A DNA stretch of 64,000 bases from Candidatus Undinarchaeota archaeon (GCA_964519305.1 CAZFHY010000014.1:47448-111447); one strand, 5' to 3'; positions 1 through 9,705 are shown, numbered from the stretch's first letter. Numbers and translations are program-made. Notes: generated from the letters alone by a model not told the origin.

Positions 1-399
1 GGGCCACCCTTCCTCGCGCCCCGGTGCGCTTACGATTACCATATCATGCATAGCCAGGGCCGTGATCAGTGAGAGGACCGTCGTCTCTGCTCCGGTACCT
101 GTCCCCGCTGCCGATACGAAGGCCGCTCCTACCTTGTCCCTGAGCTTACTCTCACCGTATAGAGAGACCGACTTGTCCACGAATGCCTTCATCCGGCCGG
201 TCATATTGCCGAAGTAGGTCGGTGAGCCAAGGACGATCCCATCGGCCCATACAAGGTCATCCATCCCTGCCTTAGTTACCTTCTTCAGGAGCACTTCAGC
301 GCCAGCGTCCTTGGCACCCTGCTCCACTGCCTTAGCCATGGCCTCGGTGTTGCCCGTATGGGTGTCGTAAACGATCAGTACTTTTACCATGGTCTTCAT
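1..399 (-). CDS. Flavodoxin-like NAD(P)H:quinone oxidoreductase (WrbA family), runs off the window edge
   Basis: Hand translation: MKTMVKVLIVYDTHTGNTEAMAKAV...DGIVLGSPTYFGNM...KVGAAF. Shows the FMN loop (T-x-T-G-N-T) and GSPTY motif. Start at 399 or 390. Confidence 0.85.
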   Translation of the reverse strand, partial: MKTMVKVLIVYDTHTGNTEAMAKAVEQGAKDAGAEVLLKKVTKAGMDDLVWADGIVLGSPTYFGNMTGRMKAFVDKSVSLYGESKLRDKVGAAFVSAAGTGTGAETTVLSLITALAMHDMVIVSAPGREEGWP

Positions 400-481
400 T
401 CCCCCGATTCCCAACGCCTTCTACTCGTTAAGTGATAAATATTTCCACCAGAGCATCGCAGCGCCATGCAAGGGCGGTCAA

Positions 482-1285
482 TCATCTCTCGTTTGGAGGT
501 GAGTCCAGCACTGATCGCGTGATGTCCTGCAGGTATCGTGAACCTATTGCGATTCGCTCCTCGAGCGTGTTCGCAGTGTTCGTCTCAATCACATAGGAGA
601 AAGGTGTCCGCTCGTCCTCGACCTTGCGAAGGGTCCCATCTGAGCTCGTATCGGGGGAGATCACAGGCCAGTAGCCTTGCGCGGTCAGTGCATCACCCGT
701 GGGATGGGCCTTCGCAACCGCGCCCGGGTCCGTCGCGCACACCATGTGCATAGAGCCCAGCGAGAATCCGGACTTGGAGGTCTCGTGGATGTCGAAGGCC
801 AAGGCCAGCGGTCCGTACTGCTTTTCCGCCCGAGTGAGCGTTTCCAGTACGGCCTGCTCCTCTGGGACCTGTGATCCCGTCGGGGAGTAGCCGCTGTTCA
901 TCACCTGCCCGGAAGCGTTGGTCTCGTCCTTCTCGATGGGGAACTTACCGGGATCGGCCATATCATATCGGTCAGCGTTGACCACCGGTGCCATGACCAG
1001 TGAATAGCGCTCACGTATCCCCTCGAAGACAGAATCGCTCAGATAAGTATCGAGGAAGTCCAGTGCTGCTGACACGGAGGCGGGTTCGCTGACGTGCTGC
1101 CCCGCTGTCACGTAGATCAGCCCCTGTGATTCGCCGCTGGCGGCGACTTCGATGAGCGGAATGTCCTTACCCTGGGATGAGGCCCCCTCGGCGCGGCCGA
1201 AGCTGACACGGTCACCATAAGTGTCGGCCAGTGAGGAGCAGTACTGCTCTACGTCCGACAATGTGTAGAGCGCAGCACCTTCCAT
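482..1285 (-). CDS. M14 family zinc carboxypeptidase-like protein
   Basis: AGQHVSE (HxxE), PVVNAD and DIHET zinc-ligand motifs. Confidence 0.75.
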   Translation of the reverse strand: MEGAALYTLSDVEQYCSSLADTYGDRVSFGRAEGASSQGKDIPLIEVAASGESQGLIYVTAGQHVSEPASVSAALDFLDTYLSDSVFEGIRERYSLVMAPVVNADRYDMADPGKFPIEKDETNASGQVMNSGYSPTGSQVPEEQAVLETLTRAEKQYGPLALAFDIHETSKSGFSLGSMHMVCATDPGAVAKAHPTGDALTAQGYWPVISPDTSSDGTLRKVEDERTPFSYVIETNTANTLEERIAIGSRYLQDITRSVLDSPPNER

Positions 1286-1360
1286 TGTTGTTACTACTAG
1301 TCAGTAGTGATATAAATACTTACCGCATTATCCGGCATGATACCGTTCAGGCTATCTTCA

Positions 1361-2170
1361 CTACGTCCTAGAGCTCTGCCCTTCCTCGATACCTTCCCTG
1401 ATGCTACGGGCGAATGCACGTATTTCGTCCAACGAGGCATCAGGATCGTCAAGATACTGCTCATAGATGCTCCCTATTGCGCTGCCGGTGATCACGCCAT
1501 CGGCGCCGGCTGAGACCACCGCGGTCGCCTGTTCCTGCTTCGAAATTCCGAAACCGACAAGGAGCGGGATGTCAGAGTGAGCTCGAACCCTCTCGATGAG
1601 CCTTAAAGTCGCCTCATGGAGCGATTCCCTGGCACCGGTGACACCGGCGACGGAAACCACGTAGACGAATCCACGGGCAACTGAAAGGATCTTTTCGAGA
1701 CGGTCGTCAGGGGTGGTCGGGGCGACGAGGAAGATAATATCGATACCGTTCTGCTCACTTGCCTCTAGCAGGTCATCAGCTTCCTCTATCGGGACATCGG
1801 GAACGATAAGGGCGCATGCTCCTGCGTCCTTGATCCTCTTGACGAAAGACCCTACCCCCATATGGTAGATGATGTTATAGTAGGAGGTGACGACGATGGG
1901 TTGCGTGATGCCCTCATCCCGGAGCTTACTGATCGACTCTATGGTCTTAGAAGGGGTCATACCGGCCTTCAGCGCCCGCTCGCAGGCCCGCTGGAACACG
2001 GGACCATCGGCAGTGGGGTCCGAGAATGGTATACCCAGCTCGATGATGGACACGCCGCTATCGCACAGTGCTTTGATCTCCTTCAGGGAGAACCCTTCGC
2101 TGGGATCGCCGTAGTATACATGTGCCATGTACGCTACCTTTTCCTTGGCGAACAGCTCACTGAGGTTCAC
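1361..2170 (-). CDS. trpA: Tryptophan synthase alpha chain
   Basis: [38 protein letters not shown]. Confidence 0.98.
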   Translation of the reverse strand: MNLSELFAKEKVAYMAHVYYGDPSEGFSLKEIKALCDSGVSIIELGIPFSDPTADGPVFQRACERALKAGMTPSKTIESISKLRDEGITQPIVVTSYYNIIYHMGVGSFVKRIKDAGACALIVPDVPIEEADDLLEASEQNGIDIIFLVAPTTPDDRLEKILSVARGFVYVVSVAGVTGARESLHEATLRLIERVRAHSDIPLLVGFGISKQEQATAVVSAGADGVITGSAIGSIYEQYLDDPDASLDEIRAFARSIREGIEEGQSSRT

Positions 2171-3348
2171 AGGCTCACCCCCTCTAGTCCAGCGATCATA
2201 TGGACGTCCTTATCCCCCCTGCCAGAGAGGCAAACGATGATAATGTCATCCTTCTCGAGGCTCGGAGCAAGGTCCTTGAGATGCGCAAGTGCGTGCGAAC
2301 TCTCCAGAGCGGGGATGATCCCCTCGACCTTGGACAGGAGGTGGAACGCCTCGACCGCTTCGTCGTCGGTCACAGCGACGTACTCAGCTCGCTTTAAGTC
2401 ATTGTAGAACGCGTGCTCCGGCCCGACGCCCGGGTAGTCCAGGCCCGCCGAGATGGAGTGCGCCTCGCGGATCTGGCCGTTCTCGTCCTGGATGAAGTAG
2501 CTCTTCTTACCGTGCATGATACCTACCTCGCCGGCACCAATGGAGGCACCGTGCTTGCCGGTAGCGATACCCTTACCAGCGGCCTCGACGCCCACCATAC
2601 GGACATCGTCATCGAAGAAAGGATGAAAAAGACCCATAGCGTTACTGCCACCGCCGACACAAGCGACGAGGCAGCTGGGAAGCTGTCCCTCCTGCTCCAG
2701 TATCTGTCGCCTGGCCTCGATACCGATGACGGCCTGGAAGTCGCGAACCATGGTCGGATAGGGATGCGGGCCCACGACCGATCCGATGACGTAGTGGGTG
2801 TTCCGGCAGTTTGCGGTATAGTCCCTCATTGCTTCATTGACAGCATCCTTGAGCGTCCTGGAACCAGAGGTGACCGGTACGACCCGTGCACCGAACAACC
2901 GCATTCTGAAAACGTTCAGTGATTGGCGCTGGATGTCGACCTCACCCATATATACGTCGCACTCGAGCCCTAGAGCTGCCGCTGCCGCAGCTGTGGCAAC
3001 GCCATGTTGACCAGCTCCAGTTTCTGCGATTATCCTCGTCTTTCCCATCCGCTTAGCAAGGAGCACATGGCCCAGGGTGCTGTTGATCTTGTGGGCTCCA
3101 AGGTGGGCGAGGTCTTCGCGTTTAAGGTAGATCTTGGCACCACCAAGAAGCTCGGTCAGACGATGTGCGAGGTACAGCGGTGTCGGCCTGCCCGCGAACT
3201 TTTCCAGGTATAGTCTCAGCTCCTTCTGGAAATCCTCGTCGGTCTGCACCTCCCTGTACGCTGCGTCCAGCTCCTGGAGTATGGGCATGAGCGTCTCAGG
3301 GACGAACTGGCCACCGTACTCGCCGAAATAAGCATCATCGTTCCTCAT
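2167..3348 (-). CDS. trpB: Tryptophan synthase beta chain (TrpB1 type)
   Basis: [14 protein letters not shown] (PLP Lys), [35 protein letters not shown]. Confidence 0.99.
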   Translation of the reverse strand: MRNDDAYFGEYGGQFVPETLMPILQELDAAYREVQTDEDFQKELRLYLEKFAGRPTPLYLAHRLTELLGGAKIYLKREDLAHLGAHKINSTLGHVLLAKRMGKTRIIAETGAGQHGVATAAAAAALGLECDVYMGEVDIQRQSLNVFRMRLFGARVVPVTSGSRTLKDAVNEAMRDYTANCRNTHYVIGSVVGPHPYPTMVRDFQAVIGIEARRQILEQEGQLPSCLVACVGGGSNAMGLFHPFFDDDVRMVGVEAAGKGIATGKHGASIGAGEVGIMHGKKSYFIQDENGQIREAHSISAGLDYPGVGPEHAFYNDLKRAEYVAVTDDEAVEAFHLLSKVEGIIPALESSHALAHLKDLAPSLEKDDIIIVCLSGRGDKDVHMIAGLEGVSL

Positions 3349-3983
3349 TCTTTACACCTCTTCACGAACTGTCTGACCTTCTCAGGGTCTTTTCTCCCGT
3401 CGTCCGACTCGACACCGGAGGACACGTCGACCATGTACGGACCGAGCTTAAGCGCCTCATCTACGTTGTCGGGTGTAAGACCGCCAGCGATGCTGAATCG
3501 CGGGCAATATCGTATATAGGGGGAGAGCGCGGTCGCGTAATCGGTACTCAAACCCATGCCGCCGACCTTCCCGTCATGCGTCGGCTCGAAAAGTAAAAGG
3601 TCACAGACCTCCACGAACCCCTCGAGCTCTTCGATGGTCGACGAGAGCTTCCCGGTCATGACATCGACGCCTACTGCACGAACGATTCTGAAGCCGCTGT
3701 CCCGCATCCTTGTGAGCTGACTAGCGGTCAGTGTGTACACCTGCAGCACGTCGGCCTTGACGCGCTCTCCCTTCTCGATGAACTCCTCTGCTGTAACGGG
3801 GAATCCGATGAGCGTAGAATCGACCGAGGGGCCCAAACGTCCGATGATGTCCTTGATCTGTTCAAGTGGGACGTTCCTCTTCCGGCCCTCAACGCTGACG
3901 AAACCGATGGCGTCCACACCCGCGGCCTTGCATATCAATGCATCCTCGAAGCTCCGAACCCCGCAGACCTGCACCTTCGTCAT
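3345..3983 (-). CDS. trpF: Phosphoribosylanthranilate isomerase
   Basis: [33 protein letters not shown]; position in trp operon. Confidence 0.95.
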   Translation of the reverse strand: MTKVQVCGVRSFEDALICKAAGVDAIGFVSVEGRKRNVPLEQIKDIIGRLGPSVDSTLIGFPVTAEEFIEKGERVKADVLQVYTLTASQLTRMRDSGFRIVRAVGVDVMTGKLSSTIEELEGFVEVCDLLLFEPTHDGKVGGMGLSTDYATALSPYIRYCPRFSIAGGLTPDNVDEALKLGPYMVDVSSGVESDDGRKDPEKVRQFVKRCKE

Positions 3984-4774
3984 CGTACCACCTCATCTCC
4001 CGCGGCTACAAGCTCTGCGACCTTTCTGGAGACGCTGTCGGCCGTCATCAGGGACGAGCCGACCAGGACCGCATCCACACGACCGCCCGACGATGCGTAC
4101 GCATGCTCGATGTCGGCTGCTGTCGATATGCCAGAGGCGCTCACGAAAGCGATGTCGTTCGCCAGCCCCTTGCCGATGGCGGCATTCTTGAGGTCGAAAG
4201 ACAGATCGCCGTAGATGTCCCGGTTGTTTATCTCGATGATCGTAGCGCCAACGCCCAATGCCTTTTCGATCTCGTCGGGTGTGTTGGCTTCGATGAACGC
4301 TTCCATACCAAGGGCCTCGCCAAGCTCGATGAGCCTGCCCGCATCCTGTAGGACCGCGTCGACGACACGGACCATGAGCAGATAGGCGTCCGCGCCCGCT
4401 ACCATGCACTCCGCCAGCTGACGTGGTGAGAACAGGAAGCCCTTGGCGAGTAATGGTAGGTCGGTGCACTCTCGCACTGTCCTGAGGTTCTCGAGGCTAC
4501 CCCCGAAACGCCGTGGCTCCACCAGGACCGAGATAGCATGCGCACCGCCCGATTCGAGCTCCTCGACTATTGAAGGTATCTCACGTGCTCCAATGCTCCT
4601 GAGCTCTCCCCTGCTGGGGGAGGACGGCTTAAGCTCGGCGATGACACGCACTCCATTCCTGCGACCGTCGCGGAGAGCGTCGTACATACCACGGACGTTC
4701 TTTTTTTCACGCAGTATATCGTCGACTATATCCCCGACGGCCTTCCCCAGGAGCTCGTGCGTACTCATCGTCAC
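3980..4774 (-). CDS. trpC: Indole-3-glycerol phosphate synthase
   Basis: IAELKPSSPSRG, ISVLVEPRRFGGS, INNRD, SGI, LVGSSLM; ATG at 4768 is an alternative start. Confidence 0.95.
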   Translation of the reverse strand: MTMSTHELLGKAVGDIVDDILREKKNVRGMYDALRDGRRNGVRVIAELKPSSPSRGELRSIGAREIPSIVEELESGGAHAISVLVEPRRFGGSLENLRTVRECTDLPLLAKGFLFSPRQLAECMVAGADAYLLMVRVVDAVLQDAGRLIELGEALGMEAFIEANTPDEIEKALGVGATIIEINNRDIYGDLSFDLKNAAIGKGLANDIAFVSASGISTAADIEHAYASSGGRVDAVLVGSSLMTADSVSRKVAELVAAGDEVVR

Positions 4775-5787
4775 TAGTTCCCGAAACCCTTGGACCGCTC
4801 GATCAGCTGATCGAGCTTCTCCCGGGCCTTTCCGCTCTTGATGGCCTGGCGTGCGAGCTCGATACCCTCTGCGATGTCGCCGGCCTTGTCGGCGGCATAG
4901 AGGGCAGCGCCCGCGTTCAGAAGGACGATGTCCGTGTACGGCGAGTCATCACCGTCCAGCACCGAGCGGGTGATGGCGGTGTTATCCTCTGGAGTCCCGC
5001 CCTGGATGTCCTCGAGCTTGGCACGGTCGAGCCCGAACTGCTCGGGGGTCAGGTAGTAAGTCTCCACCTTGCCGTCCTTCAGTTCAGAAACCTTCGTCCT
5101 ATCGATGGTGGAAAGCTCGTCCAGGCCTGAGCCGTGCACTACCAGAGCGTGGCGGAGACCGAACTTGCCCAGCACGCGGGCCAACGGCTCGGTGAGCCGT
5201 TCGTCGTACACACCGATAACCTGGTGCGCCACGTTCGCGGGATTCGTAAGAGGTCCGAGCACGTTGAACACTGTCCGGATACCGATCTCCCTCCGCGGGC
5301 CGATTGCGTACTTCATGGCCTTGTGGAAAGTCGGCGCGAAGATGAAGCCGATCCCAACGTCGCGTATGCACGTCTCGACGTCCTTTGGTGACAGGGTGAT
5401 ATCCACGCCCAAGCTCTCGAGGAGGTCGGCGGACCCAGACCTGCTCGATACGCTCCTGTTCCCATGCTTGGCGACGGACACACCCGCACCGGCCACGACG
5501 AACGCGACAGTGGTACTGATGTTGAACGTCCCGGCGCAGTCGCCGCCCGTCCCGCAGGTGTCCACCGCAGTGCCCTGGACCGAGATGCTCTCGGCCTTCT
5601 GTCGCATCACGGTAGCGCATGCGAAGATCTCATCCACTGTCTCGCCCTTCAGTCTGAGCGCGGTCAGGAACGCAGCGATCTGCGCGGGCGTAGCGTCACC
5701 GCCCATGATCTCGTTCATAACGTCGAGCGCCTCTTTCTCCGACAGGTCCTTGCCTTCGATGACTTTCTTGATTGCATCTTTTATCAT
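4774..5787 (-). CDS. trpD: Anthranilate phosphoribosyltransferase
   Basis: DTCGTGGD, FNISTT, KHGNRSVSSRSGSAD, RTVFNVLGPLTNP. Confidence 0.98.
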   Translation of the reverse strand: MIKDAIKKVIEGKDLSEKEALDVMNEIMGGDATPAQIAAFLTALRLKGETVDEIFACATVMRQKAESISVQGTAVDTCGTGGDCAGTFNISTTVAFVVAGAGVSVAKHGNRSVSSRSGSADLLESLGVDITLSPKDVETCIRDVGIGFIFAPTFHKAMKYAIGPRREIGIRTVFNVLGPLTNPANVAHQVIGVYDERLTEPLARVLGKFGLRHALVVHGSGLDELSTIDRTKVSELKDGKVETYYLTPEQFGLDRAKLEDIQGGTPEDNTAITRSVLDGDDSPYTDIVLLNAGAALYAADKAGDIAEGIELARQAIKSGKAREKLDQLIERSKGFGN

Positions 5788-6357
5788 TCATGCTCCCTCC
5801 AGGAAGTTTCTGAGGATGTCCCTACCATGTTCTGTGAGTATAGATTCGGGATGGAACTGGACGCCGTGGATCGGGTACTCGCGGTGCCGGACCGCCATGA
5901 TCTCGTCGGCCTCTGTCCTGCCTGTGATCTCCAGCTGGTCGGGGAAACCTTCAAGGGCGATGACGAGCGAGTGGTATCTGGTCGCGGTGATGGGGGTCGG
6001 TACATCGGCGAAGATGCCCGTGCCGGTGTGATGGACGCGGCTCGTCTTCCCGTGAAGGAGGTTGGCCGCCCGCTCGATCGTGCCCCCGAACACGAGCCCC
6101 ATGGCCTGATGGCCCAGGCACACACCGAGGGTCGGTATCTTCCTGCTCATCGTCCGCAGTATGTCGAGGGTGACGCCCGAGTCCTTGGGATGGCCGGGCC
6201 CCGGACTGAGCACGATCCTGTCCGGTTTTGCGGCCATGGCCTCCTTAAGGGTGATGTCGTTCCTCTTAACGATGATCTCTGCTCCCATCTCGCCAAGGTA
6301 CTGTGCTATGTTGTACACGAACGAGTCGTAGTTATCGATGATGAGGACCCTGACCAT
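5788..6357 (-). CDS. trpG: Anthranilate synthase component II (glutamine amidotransferase)
   Basis: IDNYDSF, SPGPG, GVCLGHQ, RYHSL, QFHPES. Confidence 0.97.
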   Translation of the reverse strand: MVRVLIIDNYDSFVYNIAQYLGEMGAEIIVKRNDITLKEAMAAKPDRIVLSPGPGHPKDSGVTLDILRTMSRKIPTLGVCLGHQAMGLVFGGTIERAANLLHGKTSRVHHTGTGIFADVPTPITATRYHSLVIALEGFPDQLEITGRTEADEIMAVRHREYPIHGVQFHPESILTEHGRDILRNFLEGA

Positions 6358-6358
6358 C

Positions 6359-7657
6359 TCAGCCGCCCCCCAGCACCGACATCATGGCGCCCATCTTGTT
6401 CTCCGTTTCGATGAACTCGTTCTCTGGGACAGAGTCCGCGACGATACCGGCGCCCGCCTGCAGGTACGCCTTGTTCCCCTTAGTGAATATCGATCTGATC
6501 GTGATGGCGAAGTCCATGTTCCCGCAGAAGTCAAAGTATCCGACCGCGCCAGCGTAAGGCCCCCGCCGGGTCATCTCGAGCTCCTCGATGATCTCCATTG
6601 CCCTGATCTTAGGAGCGCCCGAGACGGTGCCCGCCGGGAAGCATGAGCGCAGCGCGTCGAAGCAGTCCCGGTCCTTACGCAGCCTGCTCGTGACGTTCGA
6701 GACGATATGCTGGACATGTGAGTACTTCTCGCAGCCCATGAGCTCGTCCACCTTGACAGATCCGTACTCGGAGACGCGGCCCATGTCGTTGCGGTGCAGG
6801 TCCACGAGCATGATGTGCTCGGCCCGCTCCTTCTCGTCGAGAAGCATGCTCACTTTCAGCTTCTCGTCCTCCTCGGGGTCCTTGGACCGGGGACGCGTGC
6901 CGGCCAGTGGCCGGGTGGTCAGGACGCTGTTCTCGAGCCGCACGAGCATCTCGGGAGAGGAACCGAAGACCTTCGACTCGGCGAAGTCGATGTAGAAGAG
7001 GTAGGGTGAGGGATTCACTTGCCTGAGGATCCGGTACATGTCGAACTCATTGCCCTTGAAGGTCGCTTCCGTCCGCCTCGAGATTACCGACTGGAATATG
7101 TCGCCCGCCCGGATGTACTCCTTCGCCTGCTCGACCGCGTTCTCGAATGCCGGGCTCTTCATATTGGTCCTCGGCTTACCGATCGTGAGCTCTTCTCGTT
7201 CCTCATCTCGATAGCTGTTGATAAGACCCTCGACCTCTCGGGCGGATCCGTGGGAGATCAGGTAGGCCTTCTGGTTGATGTGGTCGAAGCAGACGACCTG
7301 TGACGGAATGATGAAGTGCGCATCGGGAAGGTTCAGCTCGTCCGTTCTCAGTTCAGGGAGCCGCTCGAAGAACCTGACGATATCGTAGGAGAAGTATCCC
7401 ACCATTCCACCCGAGAACGGGAGGAAGTCGACGGGCTCGGCACTGAAGTCGTAGAACTCGCGTCGCAGATAGTCGTACGGGTCCTCGCACTTCTCTCGGG
7501 TGCCATTGAACCGCACCTCGTGTCCCTTGGACCTGAAGGATAAGACCGGATCGAATCCGATAAATGAGTACCGCGCGGTCTTCTTGGTCCCCTCCACCGA
7601 CTCCAGGAGGAAGCTCTCGTCCTTGTACTCCTGTTTGATCGCAGCGTATGCGCCCAC
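6359..7657 (-). CDS. trpE: Anthranilate synthase component I; true start unresolved (frame stays open to 7771 with no ATG/GTG/TTG above 7657)
   Basis: FLLESVEG..ARYSFIG, NPSPY, SSPE, PLAGTRPR, EHIMLVDL.RND, PAGTVSGAPK, QAGAGIVADS. TrpE-like sequence (LKTRVRNLRLDRFDVVGAY) continues upstream of the GTG at 7657. Confidence 0.97.
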   Translation of the reverse strand: MGAYAAIKQEYKDESFLLESVEGTKKTARYSFIGFDPVLSFRSKGHEVRFNGTREKCEDPYDYLRREFYDFSAEPVDFLPFSGGMVGYFSYDIVRFFERLPELRTDELNLPDAHFIIPSQVVCFDHINQKAYLISHGSAREVEGLINSYRDEEREELTIGKPRTNMKSPAFENAVEQAKEYIRAGDIFQSVISRRTEATFKGNEFDMYRILRQVNPSPYLFYIDFAESKVFGSSPEMLVRLENSVLTTRPLAGTRPRSKDPEEDEKLKVSMLLDEKERAEHIMLVDLHRNDMGRVSEYGSVKVDELMGCEKYSHVQHIVSNVTSRLRKDRDCFDALRSCFPAGTVSGAPKIRAMEIIEELEMTRRGPYAGAVGYFDFCGNMDFAITIRSIFTKGNKAYLQAGAGIVADSVPENEFIETENKMGAMMSVLGGG

Positions 7658-7724
7658 GACGTCGAACCTGTCGAGACGGAGGTTCCGGACACGTGTTTTC
7701 AGAAGGTGTGGGTTGGACGTGGGA

Positions 7725-7775
7725 CTACCTTTGCGCTTCTTTCCGCCGACGCCAAAGATGATCCCTCCTTTTCAT
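7725..7775 (-). CDS. Putative trp leader peptide MKRRDHLWRRRKEAQR containing a candidate +1 frameshift site (CTT TGG)
   Basis: Hand-read ATG 7775 to TAG 7727-7725; single Trp codon at 7754-7752; first ATG downstream of the TATA box at 7811-7804. Confidence 0.6.
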   Translation of the reverse strand: MKRRDHLWRRRKEAQR

Positions 7776-7803
7776 GTGACCGAATAGAATAGACGCTTCC
7801 AGC

Positions 7804-7865
7804 TATATAAAGATTGCTATTATATGTTGATAATTGTACATTATTGTCCATTTTATTATTGTCCA
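7804..7865. promoter_or_regulatory. Divergent promoter region: trp TATA box (TTTATATA, minus strand 7811-7804) and phased TGTACA/TGTCCA boxes
   Basis: AT-rich island in GC-rich DNA; TGTACA 7835-7840, TGTCCA 7845-7850, TGTCCA 7860-7865. Confidence 0.6.
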
Positions 7866-7910
7866 CCCCTAGTAAAAGTATAAGAACCGGATCAGGCCGC
7901 ATCCCGCCAC

Positions 7911-9287
7911 ATGGACGCTGAACACCTAGTTCCGCCAGATGAGCTCTACGACAAGGCGGTAACCTTCTTCGAGGGTGTCAGCAAGTACGACAAAGTGCTG
8001 GTCTATGGTGACGGTGATCCTGATGGGATGACCGCAGCGGTATGCGTGTCCGAGGTGCTGGACGCCCGACTCGCCACCTATGATGTGCGGTTCACCCGGG
8101 GCCAGCTCAATACAAAGGATGTCGAACAGGTGGCACGTGGCGGGTACAACAAGATCTACTGCACTGACTTCTGGGAGATCTACGAGTCGCCCGTAGAGGT
8201 CGTCGCCGACATGGTCGAGAAGGTGAAGGAGTTCGTGGTGTATGATCATCATGACATCCGCACCGCGGGGCGAGAGAACCTCGACCGCCTGTACGAGGAA
8301 CTTGACAGGCGTGGCATCCGTGACCGGTTCACTCTCATAAATCCTAATCTGGAGGGCGTCGTCGAAGTCCCCAATGGCTCGGCATGGGAGTACCGGGTCG
8401 CCGAGCGGTACGTCGCCCGCCACCCGCGGGCGTTGCTCGGTAAGCATATGGCGCGACTCAAGGAGGTGGCGACAGCAGGAGCGATCCTCGACTACTGTGC
8501 ACCACAGTCTGCCGACCTCGTGGCCGAGACGCTGCTCGAGCATCCCGATTCCCTCGACTGCGACCGGACGGTCCTGAGGAAAGCGCTGGATGACTACCAG
8601 AACGCCATACCGGAGGACGCTGTTACGTTTACTGCACTGAAGGAAGCACTGCCGTCGCAGAACGAACTGCTCGGCTCAACCTTCGGTCTCGCCGGGCGTA
8701 ACACGTTCGCCAATTGGATTGTCGCTGGATGGCGCGGAGCACAGGACGTGTATAAGGCGGCCAAGTCCATGGTCCGCGGAACTGGCTCCTTCAATGACCT
8801 CGTAGAGGACACGGGCAGGTTCCCTGCGTACTTCAAGAACGTGAACCGCGTGGAGGGCGAACTGACTTCACAGTACGCGATATTCGAAAAGGACCTGGAG
8901 CGTCACGAGCGGGGAGAGGATACGACCGCGACCTCGTTCGATGACGAGCTGGAGCTCGCTGTGTTCCAGTACTCCTCGGAGGATCCCTTGCGTTTCGCCA
9001 GCCATCTGTCCACAAACCTGCGCGACCGACATCCAGAGTTCACTTGGTTCGTATACCAGATCAACGAGGAGAAGGGGTGGGCCGGTGGGAGCCTGCGTCT
9101 TGACGAGGAGCATTTCCCACAGTACGACCTCGCCCGCGCTGTAGCCGAAGCGTCAAAGGGCATTGACGGGGCACGCGGTGGTGGCCACAGTGCCGCCAGT
9201 GGAGCGAGCATGGCCGAGAAGGACCTCCCGCAGTTCATTGAGCGTATCAAGGAAGAGCTCAGGCAGCAGCGGAGTGCACCTGAATAA
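7911..9287 (+). CDS. DHH/DHHA1 family phosphoesterase (RecJ-like, divergent)
   Basis: DGDPDG (motif I), TDF, YDHH, GSLR and GGGH.AASG in the C-terminal DHHA1 domain. Confidence 0.8.
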   Translation: MDAEHLVPPDELYDKAVTFFEGVSKYDKVLVYGDGDPDGMTAAVCVSEVLDARLATYDVRFTRGQLNTKDVEQVARGGYNKIYCTDFWEIYESPVEVVADMVEKVKEFVVYDHHDIRTAGRENLDRLYEELDRRGIRDRFTLINPNLEGVVEVPNGSAWEYRVAERYVARHPRALLGKHMARLKEVATAGAILDYCAPQSADLVAETLLEHPDSLDCDRTVLRKALDDYQNAIPEDAVTFTALKEALPSQNELLGSTFGLAGRNTFANWIVAGWRGAQDVYKAAKSMVRGTGSFNDLVEDTGRFPAYFKNVNRVEGELTSQYAIFEKDLERHERGEDTTATSFDDELELAVFQYSSEDPLRFASHLSTNLRDRHPEFTWFVYQINEEKGWAGGSLRLDEEHFPQYDLARAVAEASKGIDGARGGGHSAASGASMAEKDLPQFIERIKEELRQQRSAPE

Positions 9288-9429
9288 ATGTCCGCATGAT
9301 GCCAGTGGGACACCGTTCGACCAATCCCGACATGCCGGTGTCGTCCCGGCACCTCGCGGTATAACAATTTAAAACTGAGATACCTCTAGCTTGTTGATAC
9401 ACCGATGGGTGTATAGGAGGTGGCATCTT

Positions 9430-9705
9430 ATGTGTAGTAACGAATTCGATGCAAGGACCGCGGGTTTCTTTGTCCTCTCACTCTGCGCCATGCTGATGTT
9501 GTTGAAGTTCATCTCGCCGGAAACACTGCTCCTGTCGATGATCAGTCTGATCCTTCTGGTCCTGATCATTTTCCTCAGGATCGATGTTATTGAGAACCGG
9601 AAGATTCTTTCCGATATCAGGGATGAGTTGAAGAGTCTGAAGGATAAGAAGGACGAAAAGAAGGACGAAAAGAAGGACGAAAAGAAGGACGAAAAGAAGA
9701 AGTGA
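9430..9705 (+). CDS. Small two-TM membrane protein with charged (KKDE)n tail
   Basis: GGAGGTG SD before ATG 9430; two hydrophobic helices; repeat tail. Confidence 0.6.
   Translation: MCSNEFDARTAGFFVLSLCAMLMLLKFISPETLLLSMISLILLVLIIFLRIDVIENRKILSDIRDELKSLKDKKDEKKDEKKDEKKDEKKK
9646..9693 (+). repeat. Perfect 12-bp tandem repeat (AAGAAGGACGAA)x4 encoding KKDE
   Basis: Read directly. Confidence 0.95.

Noticed and set aside
5069-6414. Long antisense/alternate-frame ORFs (for example 5069-6031, 5464-6414, 28832-29737, 48396-49319, 60299-61330)
   Set aside because: These are shadow ORFs of well-supported genes, expected in high-GC DNA, with no recognisable motifs.
7700-7780. Classical terminator/antiterminator attenuator in the trp leader
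   Set aside because: No convincing GC hairpin followed by a U-tract between the leader stop and trpE could be found by eye; a folding computation would be needed to exclude it fully.
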